From: Guillardia theta CCMP2712
Lineage: Eukaryota > Protista > Cryptophyta
Length of the DNA stretch: 64,000 nucleotides
Assembly (NCBI RefSeq): GCF_000315625.1
Contig: NW_005434648.1
Span: 534,974-598,973 of the forward strand
Reading direction: 5' to 3'
In this document: in pieces, positions 1 to 13,031 of the stretch
Layout of the letters: the number at the start of each line of letters is the position of its first letter
Numbering within the stretch: position 1 is the first letter of the stretch
The notes under the pieces: model-generated
The model's input: only the letters and a program-made list of their open reading frames with translations
Database searches by the model: none
What the model was told of the DNA's origin: nothing
Translations under genes and position numbers: made by a program

Positions 1-1463
1 TATAAGGTATGTTCACTTTGTTTCTCAAATCTTTTTTGTTTTCCACTTAGCCACATAACTGACATTTCACTTTTTTCTTCAGATCGATTCTTATCAACTG
101 GCTGCTTGCGGTGATCGACGAATTTCAGAGCACCAATGTCTTCGGCAAGCCCGCTGTTCATCACTTGACAGTATCAATTCTGGACAACTATTGTTCTTCT
201 GTTCGGGAGGTCATTGCAACAAGTGAATTGCAGACGATCGGAGCGGCCTGTGCTGTTTTGGCACTCCACCCTAACTCAGAGTTGGAGGACATCTGTCCAA
301 AATACTACAAACGAGCAGCTTACTACACAGATGGTGCATGTACAAGTGAACAAGTTAGGGCTGTTGCAGAGAATATCCGGAAGTTTTTTCCAAGACTCCG
401 CATACGGGAAACCAAAACAGCATTTCACACCATAGATGCACTTTTGGGAGCAATGCAGAAGAATCATCCATCCTCTTCCACCTTCTGCTTAGCTCATTAC
501 CTTGGTGAACTCAGTCTCCAAGCCGAAGCTTCATTGAAGTTTACTCAAACTCAGATAGGGGCTTCTTCATATGCTTTGGCTTGCCACACGTTGGGTTGGT
601 CTGAGTCACTTTGGATGTCTATTATCAAATCTCATCTACCAAATTATTCTTTTGGGGACTTGCAGGAGTGCATGTCGAGTTTGCAAGAGCTCCTGAAACA
701 GGCTTTGAATATGCTGACCAAACGGAACAAGAAGACAACTCTTCCTCATGTGATCGTCAAGTATAGCCGCCGAGACAGACAGCACGTCGCGAAGGTCGTG
801 GTGACACCTTCAGCTTGGCCTTTGGTTTGCCCTCATGGCATCAGCAGAGAGCAGCCGATTCCTTGTACAGAATGCCAGGTGACAGGATCTGCAGTGCTTA
901 ACTTGAGCTTGGATGGTGAAATTGACGACGATGACGGTCAAGTATCGGTGTTCTCACTGGATGAAGATCCAGATTTTTTGGATGGCTCCATAGAGGAATC
1001 GACCTTCGCTATCAACGGAGGAGCTGATGAGGACATCGAAAGACTGCCTGTGCTTGAACGCCATGACGCTCACACGCCGATCAATGCTCCACCACCAGAG
1101 GACAGCTTGCTAAGGGCCCCGAGCGACTCATCTCCGTCCGTCACCTGCACAGGGCAGGGGGAGAACGAGAAGGTTCAAGACCAGCGGGGCTTGCAAGACG
1201 TTTCCTTTGGGATGATGAGCGATGCCTGCGACAACAGCTTCATTCATGGTCCGGATGCCGCTTTCGAGCCCTTCGACGATCGCAGGTCATCCATGGGGGA
1301 GCGTCGTGCTTCAATGGGCAGTGTCCTTGGGGCAGTCTTTGAGGAGGACGATTCCTACGCATCGGAGACTTCTGAGAAAGAAACATGCTCTTCGCTCTGC
1401 TGCGAAACCAATGTTGGGAAACACAACAAAGCCAATATCAGCCTTGCTGATCACAACAAATAG
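1..1463 (+). CDS. Cyclin (A/B-like), 5'-truncated by the window edge; acidic C-terminal extension
   Basis: Splicing intron 7-82 (GT..AG) gives IR-SILINWLLAVIDEF (cyclin box R.IL..WL), then LQTIGAACAVLA, AYYTDGACT and YLGELSL, typical cyclin N/C motifs; stop at 1463. Confidence 0.85.
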
Positions 1464-2409
1464 AAGGTATCCATTGAATCGTTAGATGGATTTGTTGGAA
1501 GGTTGCAAGCTCAAACAACAATACACGACTTTCTTGGGGGTTACACGATTATTCCTTTTAAACTAGTAAGAAATTAAATGTAAAAAAACAAGCAAAACAA
1601 GTAGAAGTCTGAATGCATGTGCCACCCTTATGACTGGTCATCGTGCCAAAGAACTTCATACTCGCAGCGATGCCGAAGCTGCTCCGAACGGTCTAGTTGC
1701 TATCTCCTTCAGATCGTTAGGCCTTGAACCTAAGGTATATGACCACTTCCAGATCATATGCCTTGCTCGATACGTTCCGATCGTCTCTTCTCCATGATTA
1801 GGCTCTGTTTGAATCGATAGTAGTAGCTTGCTACTTGATTGATTTTGTGACTGACGTTTTTTCAGAAACTACATTCATATGATATGCTGCCCTGAACTGA
1901 TGCGACAGGTTCCTGTCGAACCACAAAGCCTGCTGAGGGTAATTATGTAGCAGTAGGGCAGGGAGTGGCTCCATTTCTCCTTCCTGCCTTCCTGATTTAC
2001 CTCGTTTTTTCGAATGCTCTATTAACAATCACTGTCCCTTCTATCTCAGACATTGCTCCGTTCCCACGTCATTGCGGTGTCAAGTCGCTTTCTCCAAAGC
2101 AATTGCTTCTCGTCTTCACATCATGCTTCGTATCTCACATTATCCTCAGCGCTCTTTCTGATTATCTCGTCAATTATTTTCGCCCCCCTCTCCACTCTAT
2201 CTTTCCGTCATCATAATCTCAATTTTCTATTTACACCTTTATCTTGCCACCTCATCTCTTTACCTTTTGCCACCTCTATTCATCTTTCTCGCTCCTCTGC
2301 TGGTCTTTTCTCTCTGTCGTTCTGCATTGTCGTATCTGCTTATTGCTTTCTCTGTTCTTTCACTCGATTTTGTCTGCTCTCTCCTCTCTCTTTCTTCCTT
2401 CCCTCCGCC

Positions 2410-2780
2410 GTGCCCAAACTTTGTGGCGGACCTCATTTGCATTTGTCGGGCGAAAGATGCGAGTACCGGTAGTTTCAACTTCAAGAAAGGGGGTAGTACA
2501 AATACATCCTCCAAAAAGAAGGTGGTGGAGGGCGATGATGGTATACGGGTGATTCGGACCACTATTGAGGGGGTACTCATTTTATATTATGAGTACCCGT
2601 ACTTTCTAGAGTACCCAATAGGGTTAAGGTAGCGCTACGAATACCGGTGTCTTTGACTATCTCATGCAGTGGTAGGGTAGCGCAGACGGGTTGCACGAGG
2701 GCAAAAAAGGAGGGAAGATGAAATCAATTCGAATATTGTACTGTAATTTGAAATTTAGAATGTTAAATTGATTAATTTCA
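2410..2780. repeat. GGGGTAC/GTACCC-rich non-coding block, probable transposon remnant
   Basis: Multiple GGGGTAC/GAGTACCC motifs, and AAATTTAGAAT (2751) also found near the Fanzor right end (about 42206); flanked by a CT-rich arm (2030-2400) and a GA-rich arm (2790-3250). Confidence 0.4.
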
Positions 2781-3336
2781 CCAGAACCTCATTCCCTCCA
2801 GGAAGCTCGTGAGAGGAAAATTAGGGTTGGGAGAATGGCAGGCAGAGGGGAGGCAACAGTGGGGAGAAGAGGCGAAGAGGATGCGGTTTAGATGGGAAGA
2901 GAGGCCGAATATGCAGAAGATAGGAGATCGTTGATATGAAGTGAATGTGAAATCAAAGGCAATCAGAACATAAGGATCAAATCGAAATGTGTGAAATAGA
3001 GCGACTGAAAATGTTCGCAAGATGAAGGTGTGACATAATTTGATAGGGTAAGAAAAGGATAATGATATGATGATGAAGAGATGAAATCAGTGGAAATGTG
3101 GCGGCAGAGGAACCGGGACAATGGGTTCAAAATGTACTGACATACACAAGTGCTGGGAATATTTTGGCAGAGGATAGAAGAAAAGTGAATGGACGGATGA
3201 AGCATTGTTTCATGAGGTTACCAAGAAGGTTAGAAGGAGAAGGATAATATTGAATCAGACATTCACTTCTGAGCAAGTTGGAAGCTAGCTCTGCCATGAC
3301 GGCTTGTCCGCGATCATTGACGTCTAGGTATGGCAG

Positions 3337-4058
<722 letters not shown>

Positions 4059-4126
4059 GCATGCACGTCGAAACAGAATTGTTTTGTATAAAAGAATAAC
4101 CAGAATCTCCTTGCGTGTTCCTCTTC

Positions 4127-5813
4127 TCAGATGAGAAGAGCGTCTGCATCCGCCTCATCCTCCGAGCCTTTCTTGGACGGCATGTCGGCTCCCTGAGACC
4201 CAGTCAACCGGAGCTCATGCACCCTGAACCCCTTGCTACCTGCTTCTCCTGCATGATGTTCGTAGGGTAGCTCCAGTCCACGAGACCTGAGGAGGTGATG
4301 AGGTTATGGGGAGCGGGAGAGTGAAGTACCAGGAGGAAGCATCGAATCTCCTTCTGTTTGCTGCTCCAAGAGCTCTTCTTGCTCATCCTCCATCCCAAGT
4401 GTCTTCTCGGGAGACAGAGCAAGAGAATGGAATGTTGCGCTGCCTCCCTCAATGCTCTTCGCTCTATCAGCCACACAGCGCAAAGTTGACCCACGTACCT
4501 CAAGGAAGGACTTGCAGTTCTCCGCGGTGAGAGGAGCGGGGAGCACAGCAGCTCTGTTCCTTCTGACTTTCCAGACGACAAAAGCTGGGTCTGCCTGTCA
4601 AAGACATCAGGGCTTGCAAATTTGAGATATGTCAGCAAAACCTGTACAAGACCTTTGAATGCATTATAAAGAGTTTCCTAGGAAAATCATCAAAGATTCA
4701 TTCCACTGAACATCGTTTCCTGATCCCCTTATGTCCCTCACCTGAGCAGATGAAGCCCAGACAAACTTGGCCGTTCCCGATCTTTTCTTCAAGCTCTGGA
4801 GAGCACGACCGGGATCAGGATTGCCAAACAGTTGTGTGTGAGGTACCTTGAGGAACGTAAGGGCTTCGTTCGCAACTTTCATACGCTTCCTTCGCTCCTG
4901 CAAGAAGTGTTACAGGAGAAACACAAATTTGAGAACAGAAAAGAGCGTCAAGACATAGAAGGGGGCGTACTTTCAAAGTCTCCTTGTCGTTCCCATGAGG
5001 AATAAAAACGATGAAACAAACCTCGTCGCACAATGTCCGGAAGGTCTCATGGGTCAACTGACTCATCCCAAATGTTTCAGCTGGTGCGATCGACTCATCT
5101 ATTCTCGTCCCTCGGTTCTCATCAACTGCGCTTCCTCTCAGGAACTCTACCAGCTCCTTGCGCTTCATCTCCCCCTTGTAGGAGATGAAAGTTCCGCTCG
5201 TCGCATTCACCATGACAACGGCTGGAAGGGACTCAACGCGGAACCGCTCGCGGACGTCAGAGGACAAGGACCGGATCTCAGCAAACGCGTGCGAGGATCT
5301 CAACATAGTCGCAATGGCCGAGATAGAGTGCGGGAGCTCGAACTTGTCATGGAAGCAGATGACAGCCTTCCTTCCCTTCACCTCTGTCTGGAGCCACCAA
5401 TCCAACAAACGGGTGCTGAGCTGGGCGACGGGAGGGAGGACATTGTTGGTGACAAAGAGGAAGATGGCCTTGGCGGTCATGGGGCCCGAGTACATGATCG
5501 GATCGCCTGCCATGTAGAGGATGGTCTGAGGAAAATGCGCTACCTTGACGCTCAAGCAATCATCCAGAAAGTCGTCGCAGTTGATCATGCCCACGTCCAC
5601 AAGACCTGAAAGGGGAGAGGACACTTGCTTCCACACTTGCACGGAAGCCTCTGACTCCTTGGAGTTGACGGGAGACGAGTAGAAGAGCACGAGCATGTTT
5701 CTCGACCCCAATCCGCTCCTTATGCTTCCGAACTTCTCGCCGTCAAGTTCCACCACGTTACCAGCACATACAGCGAAGCAGATCAAGAACAGGTAGACAA
5801 CAAGAGTGATCAT
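4127..5813 (-). CDS. Secretory multi-thioredoxin-fold (PDI/DNAJC16-like) protein lacking CxxC
   Basis: Signal peptide MITLVVYLFLICFAVCAG; Trx-like LVLFYS...VGMINCD...VAHFPQTILY; further Trx-like domains; spliced 3' exons ending ...DADALLI*. Confidence 0.7.
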
Positions 5814-5889
5814 CTTTGCTAGAGGCTGGTGTCCTCCGCTCCTCCCCTCTTCCCAAACCTCGCGCCTCTTGCGCCTTCTGCTCTTCCTG

Positions 5890-5971
5890 CTCCTGTTTTT
5901 CTCCTGCTCCTCCTGCCGCTCCTGCCGCTCCTGCCGCTCCTGCCGCTCCTCCTGTTCCTGCTCCTCCTGTT

Positions 5972-6046
<75 letters not shown>
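5890..6046. repeat. (CCTGCT)n/(CCTGCCGCT)n microsatellite
   Basis: Direct inspection; the same unit occurs at about 17127-17190 and 43243-43297. Confidence 0.95.
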
Positions 6047-6059
6047 TCTTTCCCTCGTT

Positions 6060-6530
6060 CGTTCCCTAGCACACTTGCAACCCCTGAGTCACCACCCGGC
6101 GGGCCGCAACTCAGTGTGATCCGGCAAGGCCCCGGCGCCTCTCCAGTCCGAGCCTCCCGAGGCTGGTGAACGATCCGTAGCTCTCCCTTCAACGGCCTTG
6201 TCCTCTGACGTCTTCCCAACGAGTCCCAGGGCTCAGCTTGTCGTTCACTGCCTTCAAGAGTGCATCATTGCCGCGCCGCTACCTATGCAAGCTTGTCACA
6301 CTCAAAAGCGTTAAGAGTTAACGCTCAGGTTGTCTCAATGACGAGCGACTCGGATGTGTCGACTCAGCTGGGCCCGGCGTCCGACACTGAGAGCTCAGTG
6401 GGCGGCCGGCGGTTCCGGGCCGGGCCAAGTCTGAGCCGCTCTGCAGCCTGAGGCGGGGCAGTGCTGGGCCGTACCTGGTGTGAGGGTAATGAGGGTGATG
6501 AGCTTCTGCCTTGTCAGGCATGGCGGAGCT
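6060..6530. repeat. GC-rich palindrome-dense dispersed block
   Basis: Many CCGG/GGGCCC sites and CACTGAG-ag-CTCAGTG hairpin near 6385; similar in character to 31840-31900, 43600-43900 and 47260-47460. Confidence 0.45.
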
Positions 6531-7161
6531 AAGGGTAAGTGAGAGTGAGGGAGGGGGAGGGGAAGGGGGAGGAGAGCGAGGAAGAGAAAGATAGCATGAA
6601 GGAGAGAACAGATGGTGCACCATGAACCAGGGGATAAGGAGGAACAGGAAGATTGATGGAGTTGGAGAGGAAGGAGGGAGCAGGCTGTAGAGAGGAGGGG
6701 GTATGGCGGAATGACTGGTAGGGTAGGGGGATATCAAGAGAGGAAGGCAGACAGAAAGCAAGAGAGTTGGAGAAGAGAAAGAGATGCAGGGATAAGGAGG
6801 GTAGGAGAGACTGAGAAGCAAGGAGGGAAGAAGTGAATGAGTGAAGGATACCCGGAGGTGTGTGGGTGGGAAAGAGACTAGGGAAAGTCAAAACAAAGGA
6901 GAGGGACCATGGTAGCAAGTAGAAGGGAAAGAAGACAAGAGAAATTTATTCATGGTATGATCTTGGAGTGATGGGACAGAAGGAAGCTCCACGTCGTCTA
7001 GTTTTGTCAAGACATTTTCAGACGATGGAGGGGGAGGGATTTGGCTGAAAGATGTGTTCTCAAACTGATTCCCGTGCGCAGAAACTGAGCTGGAGGGTAA
7101 GTGATGGCAGCGAGGAAGCAGATGTCTGACTTGAGAGGTTTCGAACTTGGCGCAGGCGAGG

Positions 7162-9180
7162 ATGAAGCGACGGTTCCTGTTTCATTTGGAGTATTCCATC
7201 GTCATGATGATGAAATGTTTTGACGTCGGGCTGAGAGCCATGGGGCCGGTAATCAAGATGACTTCCTGGGAGAATGCCTTTTGATTGTTCGCTGCTGTCA
7301 GATTTTTGTGTGTTTTGCGATCACTCTCATCTCGGGTGTGATATGGACATGGTATGTATCACTGCAAATCAGCACCAGTGTCGTGACAAGTGTATCAAGG
7401 TTCACATACATCCTCCACAAGATCTCAGATGAAGGGACATGGCTGAGATACTTTCACCTTGCCATCGCCTTCACGCTCATCTTCAACGTTCTCTACAACT
7501 ACATCGCTACCGTCTTGACGCCGCCGGGGTTCCCAACGGACGAATACGTAGTGCGCTTGCGTGCGAGGAGGGGTGGTGATGGACAGGGCAGGAGGACCCC
7601 CCGGTAGACATTGAGGCAAGGACGGCTGAAGCTGTACAGTTCCACATCGACGGCTTCGGAAGATGGTGCAAGAAGTGCAGGAAGGCGAAACCTCCAAGGA
7701 CGCATCATTGCTCGATATGTAGGAGGTGCGAGCAGCTACTGGAGGAGGCTCTGTTGGTGCAACTGCTGTCCTGACGTGTTGTGCTGACGTGCACTGACAT
7801 GTTATCCTGACATTCTCTGACATGTTATCCTGACATGCTCTCTGGTGCAGGTGTGTGTTGAAGATGGACCACCATTGCCGTATTCTTTGTTTTCTCCCCC
7901 TCTCGCCTTAGTGGTGATTTCGTGGAACAGCATGGGTTGCTCAGTGCGTTGGTTTCCGCAACTACAGGACTTTCTTTCTGTTCATGTTCTGGTTGTGGGT
8001 TGGTTGCATTTATGTGCTGATGACCATGGCGCCAAGTTTTCTGCTTCACTTTCGAGTGGTGAAGAAGACGAGTTGTGCTTTTTCCTACCTTCTGAGATGA
8101 TTATCACGCAGAGGAGGCACAACCAAGAGCAGTCGGCTGTGGTGTTTTCTTGCATCCTTGCTTTCTCTGTCTCTCTTGCCGTCGGGTAGAAACACGTCAT
8201 GTTCCTGTCATTGTTGGATGCTAACGTCTTGTTGCTACTGTAAGGTTTCTCCTCTCGTGGCATTTTTATCTCATCCTGACCGGACAAGTGAAGTTGAGAT
8301 GTGAGATTTTCAGAAGGTGACATTCCTCCTTCAGACAACCATCGAGTGGTACAACAACCGGATGAGAAGTGCCGAAGCGAAGAAGGCTGGGATGGTGCGT
8401 CATCAAGTTTTCTTATCTTTTCTTCTTCTTGGCTCTACTTTTTTCGTGTTCTCTTCGCTCTCGTTTTTATATTCTGCTGCAACAAACAATCTTGACACCC
8501 TCTTTACTGCTTCCCAGACTTGAGTGTGTGAACTTGCTGATTTTCATCTTTCTTTGTTGTCTCCTGCCTCCTCCTCTTCCCCTCCAATCCTCCTCTCCTC
8601 CTCTCCTAATCCCACTCTTCTCTTCCTCTCTCTTGTACATGTTCTTACGTGATCTCTGACTACAAAAACTTCAGGTGTATCACAATCCATGGGATCTCGG
8701 CAATAACACGTTGGTACCTCACGCACCTACTGACCTCCATGTGCAGGTTACCACGAAAACTTGTCGGCAGTGCTGGGAAGCAAATAGTGAGAAGCTTGCT
8801 CCACTGCTCCTCTCGCGCTGATTTTCACTTCAAGCTTCCTCCCTCTGTCTTCTTCTCTCACCTTGTCTTATCACCTCCAGTCCCTGCGTCCTCTCATCCC
8901 CTGCGCTTGCCCTGAATTCCCGCCTGAACCTCCTCCTCCTTCTCCTCCTCCTCCTCCTCGTCCTCCTCATCGTCCTCCTCATCGTCCTCCTCCTCTCCTC
9001 CTCACCTTTCTGCTTCTTTCCCCTAGTTCCATCTCCTGTTTTGACTCCATGCTGACACTTCCTCTCCTCCCGTCTCTTCACAGTTGTCAGAACAACCCAT
9101 TGCTCTGGTTTCTTCCCACGTTGTCTTCTCCTCTGGGAGACGGATGTGCATTTCCTCACCGCTACACAAGAAGGCTAGCA
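7162..9180 (+). CDS. DHHC palmitoyl acyltransferase (ZDHHC16-like), multi-exon; ends approximate
   Basis: Exons encode TPPGFP, RWCKKCRKAKPPRTHHCSICR, CVLKMDHHCP, WVAQCVGFRNYRTFFLFM and QTTIEWY. Confidence 0.9.
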
Positions 9181-9744
9181 GGAGGAGGAGGAGGCGGAGG
9201 GGGAGGGGGAGGGGGAGGAGGAAAATCGCAAGACAACGAGGAGGAGGATAAGTCGCGTGCAGAGACGACTATCATCGTTAACCTCCAGCCGCACAGCGAG
9301 TGAGAAGGAGGAGGGCAGGGAGGAGGACGAGAGACGAAGATTTTATTCTTTACGATTACAACCTGCGGGAAGGTTGAGAACGAAGAAAGAAAATGAGCGG
9401 AGGAGGGAGAGCCAGGAGCGAGGATGGTGGGAACAGGGACGTCGACCGGGCCATGAGCTTGTGGAGGAAGTGGGATGGAGGAGAAAGCAGGAGGAAGCGA
9501 TTCAGTGGCACAGAGGAAGAAATTCGATCAAGGCTAAAGCTGACGAGGTGGTGGTGGTGGTGGAGAGACAGGGCAAAGCCACAGTGCGAGGACATGATTG
9601 AAAGTCAACAGCAACGGAAAGTGAACAAGTAAGGGAAAGGTGAAGGGCAGGAGGGGGAGGGGAAGGAGGAGGAGGAGGAGGAGGAGGAGGAGGAGGCAGA
9701 CCTTCGAACGGACGTTTTATCGTTTTTTCTTGGTCTTGGACGAC

Positions 9745-12594
9745 TTAGTTGGCGGCAACTGAAAGGAAAAAAAGCGTGAAAACAAGACAAAGTCTAGTTC
9801 GGAAGAGAAGAAGAAAGATAGCATGTGGAAATTTAGACATGTAGTGAAATGCTTCTCTCACTTTTCTCTTCTTCACGTATGTTGCTTTTCGGCGGATTAG
9901 ATCTTGCTTGTCTGCTTTCGCCTGGTCTCCGTCTTCTTCTTTCTGAGGAAATCGAATCAGAAGGTTTTTGGTATCATCATTCATCACAATCACCATCATC
10001 ACCATCACCATCAACGTCATCTCACCTTTTGCTTCTTCTCTTCCTTCGCCTCTTCCACTCCGAGCCAGTCGTCCTTGCAATGGCTTTCACCCTCCTCCTC
10101 CCCTCCTCCTCTCCTCTCACCTCATCACTTTCTTCCTCCTTCTGCAACAACGTCAGCCAAGTGCCTCTTGATGGTAAAGGTCACCTTCGGCTTTGTTTCG
10201 CCTTCTCCCGCGAATAGCAAACAGTTCAATCTCTGTCAACCTCGTCATCGCTGCTGTTGTTGATCTCCCCCTCCTGCCCCTTCTCCTTTTCTTCTTGCTC
10301 CTCACCTCCTCTCTCTTTCTTCCCTCCTACCTCTACCCCACCACCTTCTCTCTCTTTCTCCCCTCGTCTCTTCACCTGCTTGGCGTAGATTCGCGATGTC
10401 ATCATCGTGGTGTTTGCGTCGTAAACTTCACGTCATGTAAGGAGATGTGGGACAGCAAAAGAAGCAGGAGAACAAAGGCGGAGGCGAAGAATGCGCGGGA
10501 CCGTGAGGAGGAGCAAAAGGAGGAGCAGGAGGAGGAGCAAGAGGAGGAGGAGGAGGAGGAGGAGCAGGAGGAGCAGGAGGAGCAGGACGAGGAGGAGCAG
10601 GACGAGGAGGAGCAGGACGAGGAGGAGCAGGACGAGAAGGGGTGTTGGGGGTGCATGGGGAAGGGAGAGAGGCAGGAGGAGGAGGAGGAGGAGAAGTTTC
10701 ATACCTCTCACGAATCTGTCGAGACTTGCAGCAGCTACGAGAGGAAGGGAGGGATGGAAATCAACAGCTCTGACGGATCCAGCTATGTGCCTGCCGCTCC
10801 ATCAAATCGCTTCCTTGCAATCGTCCGCCAGCACTTGAATTTGCCGCAGACTTTTCCTTGCTTGAGATCGATCTTTCTCAGTCCTCCAAGGGCATCCCCT
10901 GATACGATCGTGATGAGTCATGCAAACTGCATGAAACTCTTGCAGCCGTTGATCCTCCTCTCCTCTCCTCTCCTCTCCTCTCCCCCCTCTCCTCTCCTCT
11001 CCTCGCCCCGCCTCCTCTGCACTCCTTTCTCTCATGGTTCACCGGCAACAACGTAAGATTCATCCGGCGACAACGCCATGCACGTGAAACGAGTTCCCGC
11101 GTTCAACCTGACCTGGTCGGGTTCCTGCAGGCTTGTCAAACCACTTGTCAAACCACCAGGTCAACGGATGGAACGTCACCGGGGAGCAAGAAGCGTTTAT
11201 GACTGGTCGACGTTGCGCTCGAATGTCATAAAGTCGGATCTGAGCCAAGAGGTGTTAAGAGAAGCATAGTGACAGTGACAACGGACCTGCCCGTAGGCTG
11301 TACAGATCACAAGCTTGTTCTCATCTTCGGAGGAAAGATACTGCCAACATCATCATCGGTGTGGCTACGATCGTCGTCATGGCCGTTGAGACCTGGAGGT
11401 CTGTCACCCAAACAGGCAACCTCAGTCGAAGTTTGTTCTCAGGAACATTCTTAGCCTTCCATGACACCTGCAAACAGCTCAATATAATCCGCTACAGCTG
11501 CTGCTTCTCCTCCCCCTCCTCCCCCTCCTCCCCCTCCTCCTCCTCAATCACATCGTCCTCCACTTGCCCTTCCCGTCCTCCCCGTCTTCCTTTTGTTTGA
11601 CTGAACGACATCACATTCCAGGTCTCTTACCGTCTGTGTCTGCAGATCGTAAACTTGCAACTCGTTCTCCTGTCCGCCATAGGCGATCTGAAACAAGAAT
11701 GTCACTGACTGCCTTCGTTACATGTTGAACATGCGCGTGCATGTTGACATGCCTTGGTACATGATGGAGACGGTCTTGCTCTACTTACAGGACCCTTGAT
11801 GCTCAGAGCAGTCTAGAGAGATGTTCAGTGTCTTCATGTCAAACTTATTCACCCACATGCTCCTTCACCACCCGAAGGGTCTGGTCCAAACTCTGCAGCA
11901 GCACCTTTCCTTCTTCATTCACGGTGACCAACTTGGTTGAATCGCTCTGCAAGCCCATCACATCGCTGACGTCTCCTCCTCCTCTCCTCAACCTCACGCA
12001 GCATGAAGACGCTCCTCGGCTTCGTACACGCCTCTCGCCCAAGTTCGAAATTTGCCTGGCGCTACTTCACACGAGGAAGAGAAAGAATCTGATGTCACAC
12101 CAGCTCAACAGACGCCTGCGCGTCCCAAAGCTTGACAACGCCATCAGCTCTGAGGAGGAGGCTCAGCAACCGCTCGCCCCTCCACTCTTTTCACCTCCCC
12201 ACGAAGAAGCTGAGCTCGCTGGCATCTGCTCCCCCAAACATCAGACCCTCACAACTACACAGCCCTCAGACCTCTCGACCAGCACATGCACTCAGCTGCC
12301 TGTCATCATCATCGTCACGTCTCGCATGGCTGCATCAAAGTCGTTACATGCTCTCGCTTCTGTTCCCCAAATTTTGCTATCACTGCGCTCTCCTCCGGGG
12401 CTGAGATCTAATTGCAAGTCATGTGGAAGAAGGAAGAGAGAGTGAGAAGTGGGGAGAGGTGATGTTCAGAGCAAACAATCGAATTAATGTATGAAGTTGA
12501 TGAAGTCACCTTGATCAATCCGGTCTCGTCGCCAGTTATTATCTGCAACGATACTTCATTCATGCACCTTTGAAGAAGAATTTCACACCTTCAT
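9745..12594 (-). CDS. WDR74: WD-repeat ribosome biogenesis factor Nsa1/WDR74, multi-exon; 3' end approximate
   Basis: MK|IITGDETGLIK, IAYGGQENELQVYDL, SWKAKNVPENKLRLRLPVWVTDL, QIRLYDIRAQRRPV. Confidence 0.85.
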
Positions 12595-13031
12595 GGTACT
12601 CGTTGATCTTCCTCTTTCCTGTGTGGCAGACTGCTTGCCACTCTCGCTCTTCGCTCTTCCTTCTTCTCTTCTTCCTCTTTTCTCTCCTTCTTCTCTTCTC
12701 CTGCTTTCAATTCGCCATCTTCACGTGCCGCACCCTCATAAAGCCCCTCGTCCCCACCCTTAAACAAGGTGACCACATCCCCGCTCTTTCATTTACCCTC
12801 GTCCCCGCTCACTCCCCTTTCGGCTTCAGCTTCGGCAGTAGCTGCGGCTTCGGTGGCAATGGTCACTAGCTCCGAGGGAGGAGGAGGAGGAGAAGGAGGA
12901 GGATGGAGCGGGTGCGAAGGGGAGAACGAGAGAGAGAGGAGGAGGCGGAGGAGAGGTTGCTGATAGAGGCTCCCTTGAAGCTGCTCAGTCAAGCACCGGC
13001 GTTGTAGATTGAGGTCGGAGCGAAACGAACA

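Noticed and set aside
7765-7850. Short tandem GTTATCCTGACAT repeats
   Set aside because: Local duplication of branch-point sequence inside a DHHC intron; no sign of independent function
8860-11060. Poly-E, poly-P, poly-L and poly-S ORFs
   Set aside because: Translations of (GAG)n/(CCT)n tracts in introns and intergenic DNA
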